Shown one piece after another: positions 25,901-39,683 of a DNA stretch of 64,000 bases. How positions within the stretch are numbered: position 1 is the stretch's first letter; each line of letters starts with the position of its first letter. Made by a program: the position numbers and the translations under genes. Source of the DNA: Lepidodermella squamata (taxonomy: Eukaryota; Animalia; Gastrotricha); assembly GCA_047495785.1 (NCBI GenBank), contig JBLDXI010000017.1:2108001-2172000 (forward strand), given 5' to 3'. The notes beneath the pieces were generated by a model. It saw only the letters and a list, made by a program, of their open reading frames with translations. It made no database searches and was not told the origin of the DNA.

Positions 25901-27346
25901 ACACCCTGATGATGATGATGATGATTCATACCTCATAATATTACTGTAATAGCGATGAGTTATTGTGTTTGACGAGAGCCAATATAATATAATGAGCGGC
26001 CGATCGCAGCAGGTATGCCGCGCGGCAAACAAAAGCCGTGGCGCCTGGCACTACTACAAATCTCGACTTCACCCTCACAAGGAATTTGTGTCGCGCTGAT
26101 GGTTCCTATGTGTACCTATTTTACTATATAGGTACTTGAGGTGTATCACTTGCGGTGGGAAAAGTTTGCTGAATTTTTACGTACGTACGCTGAGTTGCGC
26201 ACACATAATTTTAATCGCGTCTCTGTAATAGCCGATCGTAAAATAGCGTCACCTTGATTTTGAGGAAATAAAAATTGGAGTTGAATGTGACATGGACGCC
26301 TTTTAGTTTTACAGCGTTCCGGAATTCCGCCACCGAACGTTATTGGTGGCTCAATTTTTAGCGGAAGCGTTTTCAAATTTAATAGTAATTTTAACAGCGT
26401 TTTATTTGAAATCTATATCAATTGCTGAATTTTTTGGCTTTTTGAAGCGTCCAGAAGCTATGACAGACCGGATGCATGATCCATGACCAGAAAACGGGAA
26501 TGAATAATAGCTCGTTTGTTTCATTTTCGTCATAACAGCGAGGAAAAGAACAAAAATGAAGAAATATTTTCCTATTAAATTTATTTTTGGTTAAGGTTGC
26601 CAAGTGTCTCTTTGAAGTTTGAAAAGTGGGTGTAAGGATAACAAAAAATAGGATTTCTCGCTTGCTTGCCCTCGTCCGATGCGATTCTTGCTATAATCGA
26701 GGATCTTCGAAACCGAAGGCTGATTCACTATACCTAACTAATTTCGGTGAATTTTAATTGATTTCCAGGTTATCAGGAAGTTGGAAATTTCTAGATATCA
26801 AGACAAGTTCCATTATACCACGCTAAATTCCAAATTTTGGATCCATTTTGGAGTGCATGAATGACGTGAAAGTAGTCGTGTTCCTGATATCAGACTCCGA
26901 TGAATGTCCGCTAGGCAGACTGTTTTCCAGTGGAAATCATCAACTGGTATATCTACTGTTGATTATCTATAAATAATAAGAAAATGTACTGCCTCACGCC
27001 ACCATTTACGCAGGTCATTTTCGAACAAAGCCGATTATCAACATACGTCACCCAATAAGTGTTATCTATAAACCGAAAAAATGAACCAGTCACTGGGCTA
27101 TATATCTTGATTACCGTGGGAAGTCGCGATGGGAGCGCCCACCCAAGCCAGTGCTGATTGTCGCTGCCAAGTCGGCTAATTGCTGGGGAATTCAACGTCT
27201 GGTCACACATATCAGACTCACGCCATCACCTCTCTCGACACCACGTCTGTCCTTGGCTATAAAATGACTCGGCCTGAACTGGCACAACCATTATCACCCT
27301 CTCACATTTCGGTACTTTTTTCGTTTAACACTTAAAAGTAATAATA

Positions 27347-27908
27347 ATGAGCGTTAAGTTGGTCTTCGTCGCTGTTGCTTGCCTCTTTGCCGTTGCTTCT
27401 GCCAAGGAGATTCAAAACTGGAAATCCTGCGCGAAGGGTAATTAATGACGCCATTCAACATATTGTTGCCTTCAACTCGAGATTTTTCTCCAAAATAGGC
27501 GGCAATGGAACTATTGAAGCAGTTATTTTCGAACCTTGTGACCAAGAACCCTGCCTTTTGTACAAGGGCACTGATGTCACTATGTCGGTGAGATACAAAG
27601 CTGGTAAGAATTTGATTTTTGTTTTTTATTCGATAACTACAACCCATTTTTCAGGTCGCGATGCCGATAAAATTACGGCCAAGGTTTACGGTATTATTGC
27701 CGGCGTCCCAGTCCCGTTCCCTCTGCCCAACGACGACGGATGCAAGTCTATGGGATGCCCTGTCAAGACTGGCAACAGCTACACCTACAGCGAAAGCTTG
27801 CCCATTGAGAAGATCTACCCAGAGCTCTCGCTCACGATGAAGCTGCAGCTTGTTGACGGCAAAAACGAGCACATCTGCCTGCAGATGCCCGTCAAGATCG
27901 TCTCGTAA
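27347..27908 (+). CDS. NPC2: NPC2/ML-domain lipid-binding protein (3 exons)
   Basis: Signal MSVKLVFVAVACLFAVASA; WKSC, PCDQEPCLLYKG, GVPVPFPLPNDDGCK, CPVKTG, IYP, ICLQMPVKIV. TATAAAA at ~27258. Confidence 0.9.
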
Positions 27909-28681
27909 AAATGATCCGCTATGACAAGGAATTTTCTATTATTTAACTACTGAAATCACCGATTTCTAGATGACTAATAAACACTTGTAGGACGAAGATG
28001 TGTTTTATTATCGCAATCTTGATTACCGTAACTTTGGGATGTCCCAGCAGGTTAGGGGGACAAAAATGACATTCTTCATAAGTAGTGGCACATTAGCACA
28101 GTCAAGTTAGGGTTATACATGAACAAGTTTTCGTACGAATTTAGAGACAGCAACAGTGCCGGATTTTCCCAGTTGGAGAATTCTCGGCGCCCTTGGTAAC
28201 ATCCATCTTGGGGGCCCCTAAAATTGAATGGCTTGATTTACCCCCATGAGAGCTGGACCGAGTCGGACCACTGTCGTTAGGATTTTGTAATTGAAAAACT
28301 TGTAATTTGAACCAATCAATTCGAGCGAAGCAAAAGAGAATTCGAATCAACGTTGAAAGTAGACTAGTGCGAGCGAAGCGAGCAAATTTCTAAATGTTTG
28401 TGCAAAAGCTTCAACTAAGGCTGAAAAATTGATCATTACAGGGGATTTCACTAATCAAAAGGGCCCCCTTGTGGAATTTTGCAACGAGAGTAAAAAAATG
28501 TTGGGGCTCTTTTGGCATGAGGTCCCTTTGGAATTTTCTCTGAGGGCCCGAAAATCGCGGGGTCCCAACGCAATTGCATCGTTTGCCTGATGGAAAATCG
28601 GGCACTTGACAGCAAGGATAGAAAAATACTCACGTCTAACTATTCGCTCATTGCAATGACATTAGGGGGTCCCAAAGGTAG

Positions 28682-29524
28682 GTGGTGACATGCGCCCAGA
28701 ATTTTGCGCCCAGCGTGTTTGCGCCCTCAAAAATGCGCCCCGACTTTCGCGCCCTGACTACTGAGCCCATAAATTTACGCCTTGAAATTTGCGCCCCGAC
28801 TTTTGCGCCCTTACAGTATGCGCCCTGACATTTGCGCCCCGACCTTTGCGCCCAGTGATCTTTCCGCTTTGCCAATGGCAACTGTTTCATGGTGCTCATA
28901 TCTTCGAGATGTTAGTTAATTTCATGTTACCATGGAGGAGTACAATTTTGAAAGGTATAAACGTTTTTTCCATTACATGGCATACCTGCGGTTGACTTCC
29001 TAAAATTCTGGAAAAATATCTAAAAAATACTTTGGCTCCTGTAGAATAAGGCTATCGATTTTGTTTTCCCGGATTCGATTCCATTATTGACAGCTGATTT
29101 TTTGGAATCGAACTTTCGATAACCCTAAAATCACCTCTCTGGATCCCTTCACCTGGGTTGTTTTTTATTAAATATCTGAAAAGTCTAATACAAAAGTCAT
29201 AAAATGACTGCGTTTTCCATTAATGAGCACGCTTGAAGGTGCATCGACTTTTCGCCAACACAGAACTATAGAATAAGAAAATAATTTTCAGGTATATCTT
29301 CTTTAATCACAGATCAGGTATTTGGGGAACAGCCAGTTCATATTAGGGTCTATATGATTAGGAGAACAAAGTTATCTTCCAACAAACAAATCTCGGGGCG
29401 CAATTGTCAGGGCGTAAAAATACGGGGAGCAAAAGTCGGGGCGCAAATGTCGGGGCGCTAAAGTCAGAGCGCATTTTGTGGGCGCAAACACGCTGGGCGC
29501 AAAAAACTGGGCGCATGTAACTAC
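28682..29524. mobile_element. Non-autonomous TIR/foldback element with arrays of GCGCCC sub-repeats in both arms
   Basis: Left arm acatgcgcccagaattttgcgcccagcgtgtttgcgccc... is the reverse complement of the right arm ...gggcgcaaacacgctgggcgcaaaaaactgggcgcatgt. AT-rich core. No clear TSD. Confidence 0.7.
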
Positions 29525-30352
29525 AATTCGTCCCAAAACGTCATTGTGTGTAACACAGCTTTTGCAGCTTTTTCAAAAAATTGATTTTTTTGCTCCTATC
29601 ACCTAGATTTTCATGTCAAGAACGATAGTTGGCGGACTGGAAAATTATGCGAAAATTCCCGTTTCTAACGGTGAAGTTGTTCACCTGTAAATCCAAAAAT
29701 ATATGAAGTTGCCCTTGACAACTTTCCCGCGTTATTGTATCCAATACGTTTCATCTTTTCACTTGTAAATTGTTGATTTTTGGCAACTAGTGTGTTTCCG
29801 CATTAGTAATCGTTTATTCATGAAAACACGCCACCAGTTTTCCATATCATCCGTAAAACGAACTTACCGGTGTGGCTAGCATCTGGCTGTTCGCACCGGG
29901 TCGCTCTCTGAAACCGGTCCAAATTATAAATTCACAAAACTAGAGTAAATACCAAACCTCGAGAAGCTTCTCAAAACACTTTTATTTCGCTCGGAATTGA
30001 TGGGGAACAATAATAACAAATGTGCTATTTTTATTGGCAACATGATATCAAAGACAATAATAATAACTGTGAAAATGTTAATAAATGGGCAATTTTCGAT
30101 TTTATTTACGAAAGATTCACTAGAAATTACAAAATTTCACAGCACCGCTCAAATTTGAAATTTAAAGCCGTATAGAGTTTTTTTTCATTTGACATTGACA
30201 TTGGCGAGATTGGCCGTGTGCTAATACAGCTTGACATAGTTTGAACATATTGTGAGACGAACCGGAGTAAAAAGCCGAGGATAGAGATCTTTGATTCATT
30301 CAACACCGCAAAAACTACTACAAATGGTGATTTCATTACAAAATTAGTCCTT

Positions 30353-33300
30353 TCAGTTATCCTCGTCGTCTTCATTTACACCGCCTTTCGCCTTCAAAAA
30401 TTCGTCGCGCAGTTGTAGAATGTGTTCAACAGGCTGCTGTCGGGCGTTGTTCGCCAGCGAATCCGGCCCAGCCAGCTGAACTGGTTGGATCATGCCGTGC
30501 CGTTGAAGGCGATCGATCGTATTCACCAGCTGCATAGCTTCGTATTCTTTTTGCTCATCAGTCATGCCTTCAAACGGGTTTTTCAGCACGGGCGGGTCCA
30601 CCCGACCAGTCACCGGGTTTACTTCGTCGCGAACATTCAGGTATTCCTCGGTGTCCGAGGCCGCTTCGCTGTCGTCCGAGTACTGGTTACCGTTTTCGTT
30701 CGAATGTCTCCCCGCTGTTTTTCCCAACAGCCCGCGATTCGCCAGCAGACCAGCCGCATTTCCGAACCCAGTGTATTTGATCAAGCGGTGAACATTTTCC
30801 TATAATAGGCAAGAAAAATACATTAAAAATTAAGAGGAGAAATGTTTTCAAGGAGGATTTCTTCCATTTCAACATAAACGCATTTCGCATTTGTGAAAAG
30901 CTTTTTCCTTGGCGTTTTACGATAGAACTGGCTAGTTGGAGCGTGACGAAGTATTATGTGAGTAAATTTGCGCAGCTGTAGAAAACTTAGTTAAATATTT
31001 ACTTGGAACCGTGAGCAGAGGGCATATACGAGTCCTAAAGGATAGTTTCTCGCATGTTCTGGGCGAATGGCCAAATTGCGCTATATACTGACCTGTCTCT
31101 AATAAAGAAGTCCTCGTAAATAAGGCCGAGCATAGTAATCTCGTAAATGTGAATTAACACGCAAAAAAGTCATTTAAAAAAGTTGCGCATCTCAACTTAG
31201 AGTCTAAGACTAAGATGTGAATTCCAATTTGGGATTTCGGTTTTTTTAATGGATCAAGCGAAAATTGCTATTCGTAGATATATTTTCAGACCCGTAAAGC
31301 GGCTTGAAATTTGGAAGTACTGTATACTAACTTTCTGTGGTCATTAATTTTCGGTTTGATCTTTGAATTCGGTTTTTTGAAAAAAATACCGAAATTAAAA
31401 CCCTCGAATATTAATTCTGATTAAAATAAATCAATTTTTTGCTCAGCGGCAAACCTAATGTAACGGGGGTTTTATGATGATTCCCCGCTACTGGTAACGA
31501 TCTTCGGGAGGGTTCAAAAGTCCTAGCGGGTTAGGATATCACTACTTCTTTTATTCTAATATTAAATTAAGATGGAAAGTTGAGAAGTCTCTCTCTTACA
31601 ATAGTAGGTCGGTATTTATAGTCTATTGTCTATTGATATCATTATAATTAATGTGACAGTTGCGAAACGTCATAACAAGCATTGAGAGATTGTTGTTGTT
31701 TATACCTCTATTAATCTAGTATAATTAATTACTCTTACAGCTACCCCTCAGAATGAACGTGACCTCACGTTCAGCATTGGGTAACCGAGAAAAAACGGAC
31801 GAAGAACATCAACAGCTGAGCAGATTTTAACAAGCAATAAGAACCTCAGAAAATTGTCATAGAAAACCGAATCATGAGAATAGGGGAACGGAACAATTTA
31901 TCAAACAACATCATATTACTAGCACAAGTATAAGGGCAAAATAACACAAAGCGTGAACGGGAGATCTCTGTCTCTGCCTGAACCGCAAAATCAAAATAAG
32001 GATCATCTGTCCTTTACAACAAAATTAGCCACATTACTGTCTAGCAATGATAAGTAGAAAAACCGAAAACGTAACACATTCAATGAAACATCAAATCCAT
32101 GAAACAATTTCAAAGAGAACTTTCCCTGTCAATACCAAACAAGCCATTAAATTACAAGATCAGACTATTTCAATATTTAGCTGCGAAGAAAAATGGAATC
32201 GTGGTAAGAAAATGAGCGACAAATCACCAACAAGGATGAAGCGGTGAATCTCATTAAGCGATAGCATAAAATGTTCGTAAATTCGTAGTATTCCCACTGG
32301 TCAGCGACCAGGTGCACAGTGTTTTACCTTAAAATTTAAGGCGAAATCTGAAAATTTGAATAATTCGAGATTTGAAGAAATGAAAGGAAAGAATCGTCTA
32401 AGTACGATATCTTCTGAAGCGCATATTATATTATGAAACGTATAAATACGTTATTTTCCGGCTTCTCAAATCACGATGGTGATTATTTGTTTGTTTTAAC
32501 CGCATAACCCTCCTCATGCGATGAACTGGTTCCTTATCAACTGTCCGGACATTCGAATTGGTGTTACTCTGTTCTGTGATTTCTTGATTTATTGCATTTA
32601 ATTCTATCGCTTTCAGTTTTTATATGTGAATCAAAAGGCCAATTGTTTCGGATGTAAACTACTGTAGCGTTAGGTTATGTTCTCATGCAGTATTGATGTT
32701 TCATCGGATAGAATCGATTTGATTAAGGTTGATTTGTGGTAATTCCTATCATCTGCTGATGTTATGTTCATTATTTGATGAATGGCATATGGATAATTGA
32801 CGAAGGAAAACGTCAGGTCACAGGAGTTATGGTCAGGTATTTTAAAGAGAGCCATTTGAATTTTTTCAGCGCTATTCGACGTTATTATTGTAATTCACGC
32901 GTGGTGAAATTTTGTTGAAAATCGTCGATATTTGTATGTCCTTTCATTTCTTCAAATCTCGAATTATTCAAATTTTCAGATTTCGCCTTAAATTTTAAGG
33001 TAAAACACTGTGCACCTGGTCGCTGACCAGTGGGAATACTACGAATTTACGAACATTTTATGCTATCGCTTAATGAGATTCACCGCTTCATCCTTGTTGG
33101 TGATTTGTCGCTCATTTTCTTACCACGATTCCATTTTTCTTCGCAGCTAAATATTGAAATAGTCTGATCTTGTAATTTAATGGCTTGTTTGGTATTGACA
33201 GGGAAAGTTCTCTTTGAAATTGTTTCATGGATTTGATGTTTCATTGAATGTGTTACGTTTTCGGTTTTTCTACTTATCATTGCTAGACAGTAATGATAAG

Positions 33301-35060
33301 TCATAAGTCCATAAGTCCGAGAAGTCATAGATCTTTGAATTCGGTTTTTTGAAAAAAATACCGAAATTAAAACCCTCGAATATTAATTCTGATTAAAATA
33401 AATCAATTTTTTGCTCAGCGGCAAACCTAAGCCGAATTCAAATCCACCGAAATTAAATGTACAGAGCCAAAATCTCCAAAACCGAAAATGTAGATTTACA
33501 GTTTTAGTTATATATCGAATTCAGTTTACAGGTGCAGCAAATGAAAATCAACCTCCAAAGCTTAAACTTCACCTAAATACCTAAACTCTAAAATAATGCT
33601 TAATTTTGGTGATTATCTATTTATTAGGAGCATTACCTATCATCTGATGAAGAAAACTAGACCAATTGGATGAAAACTGAGCATACTGTGGCCTACAGAA
33701 AAAAATTGCAAAATCATCTAAGAATAAGTATTCCTTTTAATTTATAAAATACTATTTTATGATAAGCTTTAATTGTCTCAGATAACGCCATCCCACACGG
33801 TTGCAAAAATCTAGGATTGATTCTTGCATTAATTAGGCGTATCAGATACGAGTTTGCCCGCTTTGTAAGCCACAATATTAAATTATAACCACTCGGTATA
33901 GTAATTACCTTGCAAAGAACGAATAAGAAGTCGGCCGTGTGTTCTTTCAGTTCCATACTCGTACTAGTCAGCAACCGGCACAGCCTGTTGCGAATCGTCG
34001 AGCCTTCCTGCGGCAACCGCCTAACATCAGCCTCGCCAAGCGGCGGCAGGATTTCGTTGCGAACAAACCGCCGGATGAGCCTGTTCGCGCGGCACATGCG
34101 CGCAAACGCAACAAGAATCGGCACCAAATGCTCGTTATCAGCTTGATTGATCAAAACGTAATCCAAATGATCGATAATACGCTTGATAGGCGTCATATCC
34201 TCGTTCTCAACCAAACGCGAGATACTGCTGAACGGTAACAGCGTCATAATCGCAGTTGATTGAAAGAAAATGTCGTGGATTTTCGGCGATTTTACGAGAA
34301 ACAGCCGCCTTAATAAATCGGCAAGAACGTCGAAATTCGGCTTAGCATTCTCGTTCGAAACATCAGCGCTTGACGTGACGTTGAACACGGCTTTCAGCGC
34401 TTCAATGATACATTCGCTGAAAACCAGATCAATTTCCGTATCTTTCACCTCAATTTTCGGCGAAATGAAATTCGAAACAGCTTGAATTGCTTCGAGTTTG
34501 AACGCAACAGCTCGCATTGATTGGTTGAACCCAGTTATTAGAAACAGAATTTTCGAACTGAGCAATGCCAACTGAACGTCGGGATTACTCGATTTCGCCT
34601 CGTCGTTCAGCGTATTGATTAGGGCGGCGACTATGGCGGAGCTCTTGCAGACGGCCTGAACAGCGGGCGAGTTGTAGACGACGTTGCACAGGCACTTCAA
34701 CGCCTCCATGCGGACCGAGCCAATCATTTGAACGTCAGAGTCCAACTTCAGATTCGCCAGCTCTAGGATAAGCCACACGTCGCTGTCATCGCCGAAACTT
34801 TCGTCCAGCGCCAGTTTCTCGCGGCAAAGAGTTCGAATCGATTCAAGGCATAGGAGGACGAGTTTTTCTGAATCAGCCGCCGGCAGAGTCGATTTTTTGT
34901 CTTTGAGTATAGATAATAATTTCGCGAAAATTTCCTTTCTCTGAGGATAGGCGATGCTGGGGAAAGCGAAATTTCTTGCATTTTCGCTGTTCCACTGAGA
35001 TAAAGTCTTCGCTAATTCGTCATCACTGTTGCATTGAAGAATAGACGTCAATTGAACCAT
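30353..35060 (-). CDS. RIC8: Synembryn/RIC-8 G-alpha chaperone-GEF (exons 35060-33909, 30799-30353)
   Basis: EALKCLCN, ILPPL, spliced FLFVLCK|ENVHRLIKYTGFGNAAGLLA, SDTEEY, NPVTG, MTDEQKEYEAMQLVN. Confidence 0.95.
31358..33430. repeat. 101-bp direct repeats (31358-31458, 33330-33430) enclosing a 357-bp inverted repeat (32032-32388 / 32939-33295)
   Basis: Read directly from the sequence. The ORF track independently shows the same peptide on + (32047) and - (33080-33328). Confidence 0.9.
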
Positions 35061-36878
35061 GTTTTATTTCAGAGAAAAAAAATCTAAAACAACAAAAAGA
35101 TGAAATTAACACGCGTCTTTTATCGTCGATTTTCACTAATGCTTTTATACCTCTTTTCCACGCAAAATGAAAAAAAAATTGGAGGAAAAGGCGAACGAAC
35201 GCGACGGACGATTACAATTCATCAATTATTACACAGTGTTCTGTCATCGAATTTGCACACGGTGTTTTATTCGCGACTCGACTCTCAATAATCAAAGGAA
35301 CCATCGATAAAACAGCTCGCGGCACAAAATAATGACGGACTTTATAATAACTGAAATTTCAAGAGGACCAAGCGCGTCTTGAAAACATTGATAAGCTGCA
35401 ACAGAGAAAATGTTCTTGTGGTGTTTCTGTGTTTTAACATCGAGGTGCCATCGAACGGCAAGAATTCAGATGATAAGTAGAGTGAAATAAAGCAACAAGT
35501 GGCAGATATCTTCCGCCCTAATTTCTTCCGAATCGGACGGGAAAAATATACGATTTGTAACGCGAGAAAAACAAACAAAACGAAGATTGGCAGAATTTTG
35601 CGTGTTTAGATTCTAATGCGGATTATGTCGCAGGGAAATGCAATTTCAGACAAAATCATCACTTTTCATCTGAATTTTTGGTAATTACTTAATAACTAGA
35701 ATGCCAAGTGTTCCAGAGACTATTATGTGATTTGGTGGATAGGTAAATATAGCCGCAACACAGGAAGACATAACAAGAGAGAGAGATTCATTACACATAA
35801 TAAAAATCAATAATTTCTTGCAAAAGCACAGAAATTAATTATTAAACAGTAAGTAGTATTATTATTAGTTATGTATATATAACCGGGGATATCAGACGCG
35901 CCTGCTGTATATCGTTTTTCTACTAATAACAATGATCAAACTACGCAATTATTCGCACACTAGAGCTTCTGTTTAAACCTTCCAATACACCAGGCTTTTT
36001 TTCAAGAAAAATCTCCGAATTTTTTCAAATATATCGGAGTTGATTGTTGTAACTTTTCAACGACAAAACAAGTGGTGACTGATTTACAGTTTGCAGCTTA
36101 AAATCTCCTACCATTCGTGAATAGAAAAATTACAGAAAGAAGTATACAAGTCGTGTATAGTTTTTTGTTGTAATCATCAGTTATGTTTTTTTTTACCATA
36201 TTTTCAAAGGTCAGCAATCAATTTCAAATGCAGAAAGATGGCGTAGTAGTATTTCAGTTACTTTTCTACAAGCTACAGTAGTATTGTAGGGTTATCAATC
36301 AGCATTAATAGGCGACATTGGTTTAAATAGCAATAAATGAGCAAGAATAACATAATAATAGTATATAATTATTATTACTTCTCAATGGTGATCCGTCCCG
36401 GACAAAAGTGAATGACTAATTTCTGCTGCGCAAAACCGCTTGACACGAACGACGCGAATAAATAGAAAATTACAATCCTCTCATATCAGTGCGATATTTT
36501 TAATACGTTGGTTGCTGCGCAAGGTCAATGAAAAAATAGATAGGTAGGCCGGAGAAAAGAATGTCGATGAAACGGTGTACTTTACATAGGATGTGACGAG
36601 CCATAAAAGTGCATCTTCTTCCAGTTGACTGAAACAACAAAAGATCGTAGGATTTAGAATTTTTTTTACCCAATTGCTACCTACAATAGTAATGTAATAA
36701 TAATTACGCGTGACAAGAAATTAACGAGGTTCGTTCTTTGCTTTTGTACAAGTGAAAATGACTCGAAAAGCTAATTATTTACTTCGGACTTGGATGGATA
36801 GAAAAAAGAGGCTTGTTGCAAGCGCTTCAAACGAGAGATATAAATAAAGTTTGTGATTAAAGGCTCGGCTATCGACTA

Positions 36879-37780
36879 CTACAGAACAAGAAGAGTGTTC
36901 AGATCTTCCACAACCCTGTTCAACGTGTGGCGGATTCGGCTGACGAACCGCGTGGTCGCTAGGGTCTTAAATAGACCGATGGTGAGCTTGTACATCCAAA
37001 ACAGGTTAAGCGAGTCGAGAATGACGCAGGAGAAAAGCATCACGCAGAAGCCCGCCGTAGGAATGGCGTCGTAATTCATGTAGATGTGGTACCAGAAGTA
37101 GGGCATGGTAACGATGCGGCACAGGAAGAACGATAGCACCAGAAGGAGCCCGTTCAGCATGTAGAATTTGGTATCTTTCGACGCTGTGAGGTGCATGTGC
37201 CACCGATTGTTCACGAATACTGTCGACCATTCTGCTGTGAGACGTACGCACGCGAACCAGATGAGAAAATTATATTCCTGTATCCAATTAAGTATGGGTT
37301 AGTCAATAACGTAGGCGTTAAGTAAACAAAACGAACTGTGGCGACGTAATATGAAGCAATCGCGGCGATGTGGTGGAAGAAAAAAATCATGTCCGCGGAA
37401 TATGAAAACATGATCGCCATATCTATTCAAACAAAACAATTAAGAATACCGGGATATTACGCCTAAATAACAAACATACCGACGATCATATAGCTTAGGG
37501 TGAAAGCGAGGATAGCCCTTCCCATGATTGTGTAGTTCCAAACTGGATCAAGCTGCATGTGCGTATCAGTGACTAGCACTCCAGTTGAAATGACTGAGGC
37601 AACGATGGCGTGAAACGATGATACGACTCTCTCGTTCCATTCCACTTGATCTCGTTTCGATAGCTTGTTATAGCGACGGAACCATTTGCTCGAGAAATGA
37701 GGACTTACGTACCGATACACTGCCGTGAAGATGACAGAGCTGAGAATAACAACAGCTAGGTTGTGTAAAGAGTAGACCAT
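36879..37780 (-). CDS. TLC-domain protein (TLCD4/TMEM56-like), about 3 exons
   Basis: EWNERVVSSFHAIV, FFFHHIAA, STVFVNNRW, LNGLLLVLSFFLCRI, LDSLNLFWMYKL. Confidence 0.85.
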
Positions 37781-38022
37781 GGTCTCGCGATATTTGCGTA
37801 AAAGACTTTGTCCTCAATAACTATTTAAGAGAAATTAAACATCTAAAATAAAACATGAGCACAACGGTTACTTAATAAGCTCCTTTACTACAATTAACAC
37901 GTTACACGTTGGCTGAAAATAATACACGTGAAAGGAGTTTATCAGCTTCAATCAAAGCTTAACGGTCAAAAATCATCACGGGCTATAAAAAAAGTAGCAC
38001 TATTTTCAGGTTAGAAATAGTT

Positions 38023-38493
38023 TCATGCTTTAGCAGCATCCTGCTTTTGCTCTGATGATTTGTCTTCGTTTTTAGAACGCCAATCGTTTAATGCTGCTTT
38101 GATGGCATCCTCTGCAAGCATCGAGCAATGCAGCTTGACTGGTGGTAGGCAAAGTTCTTTTGCAATATCAGTATTCTTGATGGTAGATGCTTCGTGCACA
38201 GATTTGCCTTTGACCCATTCAGTCGCAATAGAGCTAGAGGCAATAGCAGAACCGCAGCCAAATGTTTTGAATTTAGCGTCAACGATCTTGCCATTGTCAT
38301 CGACCATAATTTGCAGCTTCATAACATCGCCACAAGCAGGGGCGCCAACTAGCCCAGTGCCGACGTTTTTGGCTTTCCGATCAAGAGCGCCGACATTCCT
38401 GGGATTTTCATAGTGATCGAGTACTTTTTCATGATAGAAGCGACATCTCACAGCGAGAGATGCACTGCGGTTCAGTAGCTTTCGGGCTAACAT
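38023..38493 (-). CDS. ISCU: Mitochondrial Fe-S cluster scaffold IscU
   Basis: Presequence followed by YHEKVLDHYENPRNVG, GAPACGDVM, FGCGSAIASS, LPPVKLHCSMLAEDAI. Confidence 0.98.
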   Translation of the reverse strand: MLARKLLNRSASLAVRCRFYHEKVLDHYENPRNVGALDRKAKNVGTGLVGAPACGDVMKLQIMVDDNGKIVDAKFKTFGCGSAIASSSIATEWVKGKSVHEASTIKNTDIAKELCLPPVKLHCSMLAEDAIKAALNDWRSKNEDKSSEQKQDAAKA

Positions 38494-39683
38494 TTTTCAA
38501 ATAGTCTAACATAAAACAGCAAAAAAGGATTAATGAACAAAATCAGCAAAAAGTTCATACTATTTCACGGAAAAACTCAAGTTTCGAATGTAACGCTTAC
38601 TACCAGAGCACAACGTTAAACGTCTTTAAAGTCAAGGACCGAGGAACCAGCATGAAAGTGATTAGATTAAATAAATGAACAGTACTTGAAATTCAAATAT
38701 ATCGGTAATATGTAATGAAAATGAAAGCTATGATTTGAAGCAAGCAGGATGATGGATGATGTGAATGAGGGTTTGCATTAAAAATGCATTTAACCAACTG
38801 CTTTTCAACTGCTTTGCACTAATGCAAGCTATTTATTTATTTATTTAAGAGCCATTCATCCGATTTTAGAAAAAGTTGGAAAGCTCAGCTGATGCCAGCT
38901 AAGAAATAGCCTGCAGCATTTCAACTTGTATGGCATCGCCAATAAAATTAGTAGCTGGCATCATTCGAAGAAGCTGCCTATAACGCTCTTCAATGCTGTG
39001 AGACTCAGTATCAAGCAAAATATGTTGATGATCGGAGACAATGAGAAGCCTAAACAATGGAAAAATTGATGTAATGATCGCCAAGAAATGTCAGCCAGGA
39101 GCAACATGTGTATGGCGTGGAAATGGAACCGAAGAAAGCACATTTCGTTGTGGTTCGACGATTACTAAGCATGACGCATGACGTCGCCTTAGCCCCACAC
39201 TGCTGCACTGCTGACTGACAAAACACAAAACGCAAAGACCCGAGAACCTGAAAAAGAAGACTTTTGGGGCCAAAAACTTCCAGAAATCGTTGTTAGGAAA
39301 TATTATTGATTATTTTATAGCTACAATTTTTACTTTTTAAAATAATTATAAAGAAAAATATGTGAAGTCGAAAATACAGATAAATATTAACCGCGCGATT
39401 TCTTTGGCTTTCGGTCAGAGCCTCGGATCCGCAAAGCCTCGGGCGATATGCCGGCGAAGATGAGCATGAACCGTGAACGCATCGTATGCGACAGTGACAG
39501 CAGCTCGCTCAAGCTCTAGTACATGCCAGTTTACGGTTTAAGAGTAGTGAAACTTCGGAAGCCTCGTTTTATCGCCTCGTTTAATTCATGATGCACTATT
39601 TCTGCTGAAAGGCCATGAAAACAAAATGTCATGGATTTTACTGAAATTCTCTTCTTCTCTTTACCGTTTTAGCAGTATTTAAA

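Noticed and set aside
28690-28855. Regularly spaced GCGCCC repeats as a CRISPR array
   Set aside because: Units are too short, mirrored as an inverted arm, in a eukaryotic context, with no cas genes.
32047-33328. Identical 66-aa peptide on both strands (MISRKTENV...)
   Set aside because: By-product of the inverted repeat; no recognisable domain.
33714-33908. C-terminal 65 aa of the 448-aa ORF
   Set aside because: Intron read-through; RIC-8 homology resumes at 30799.
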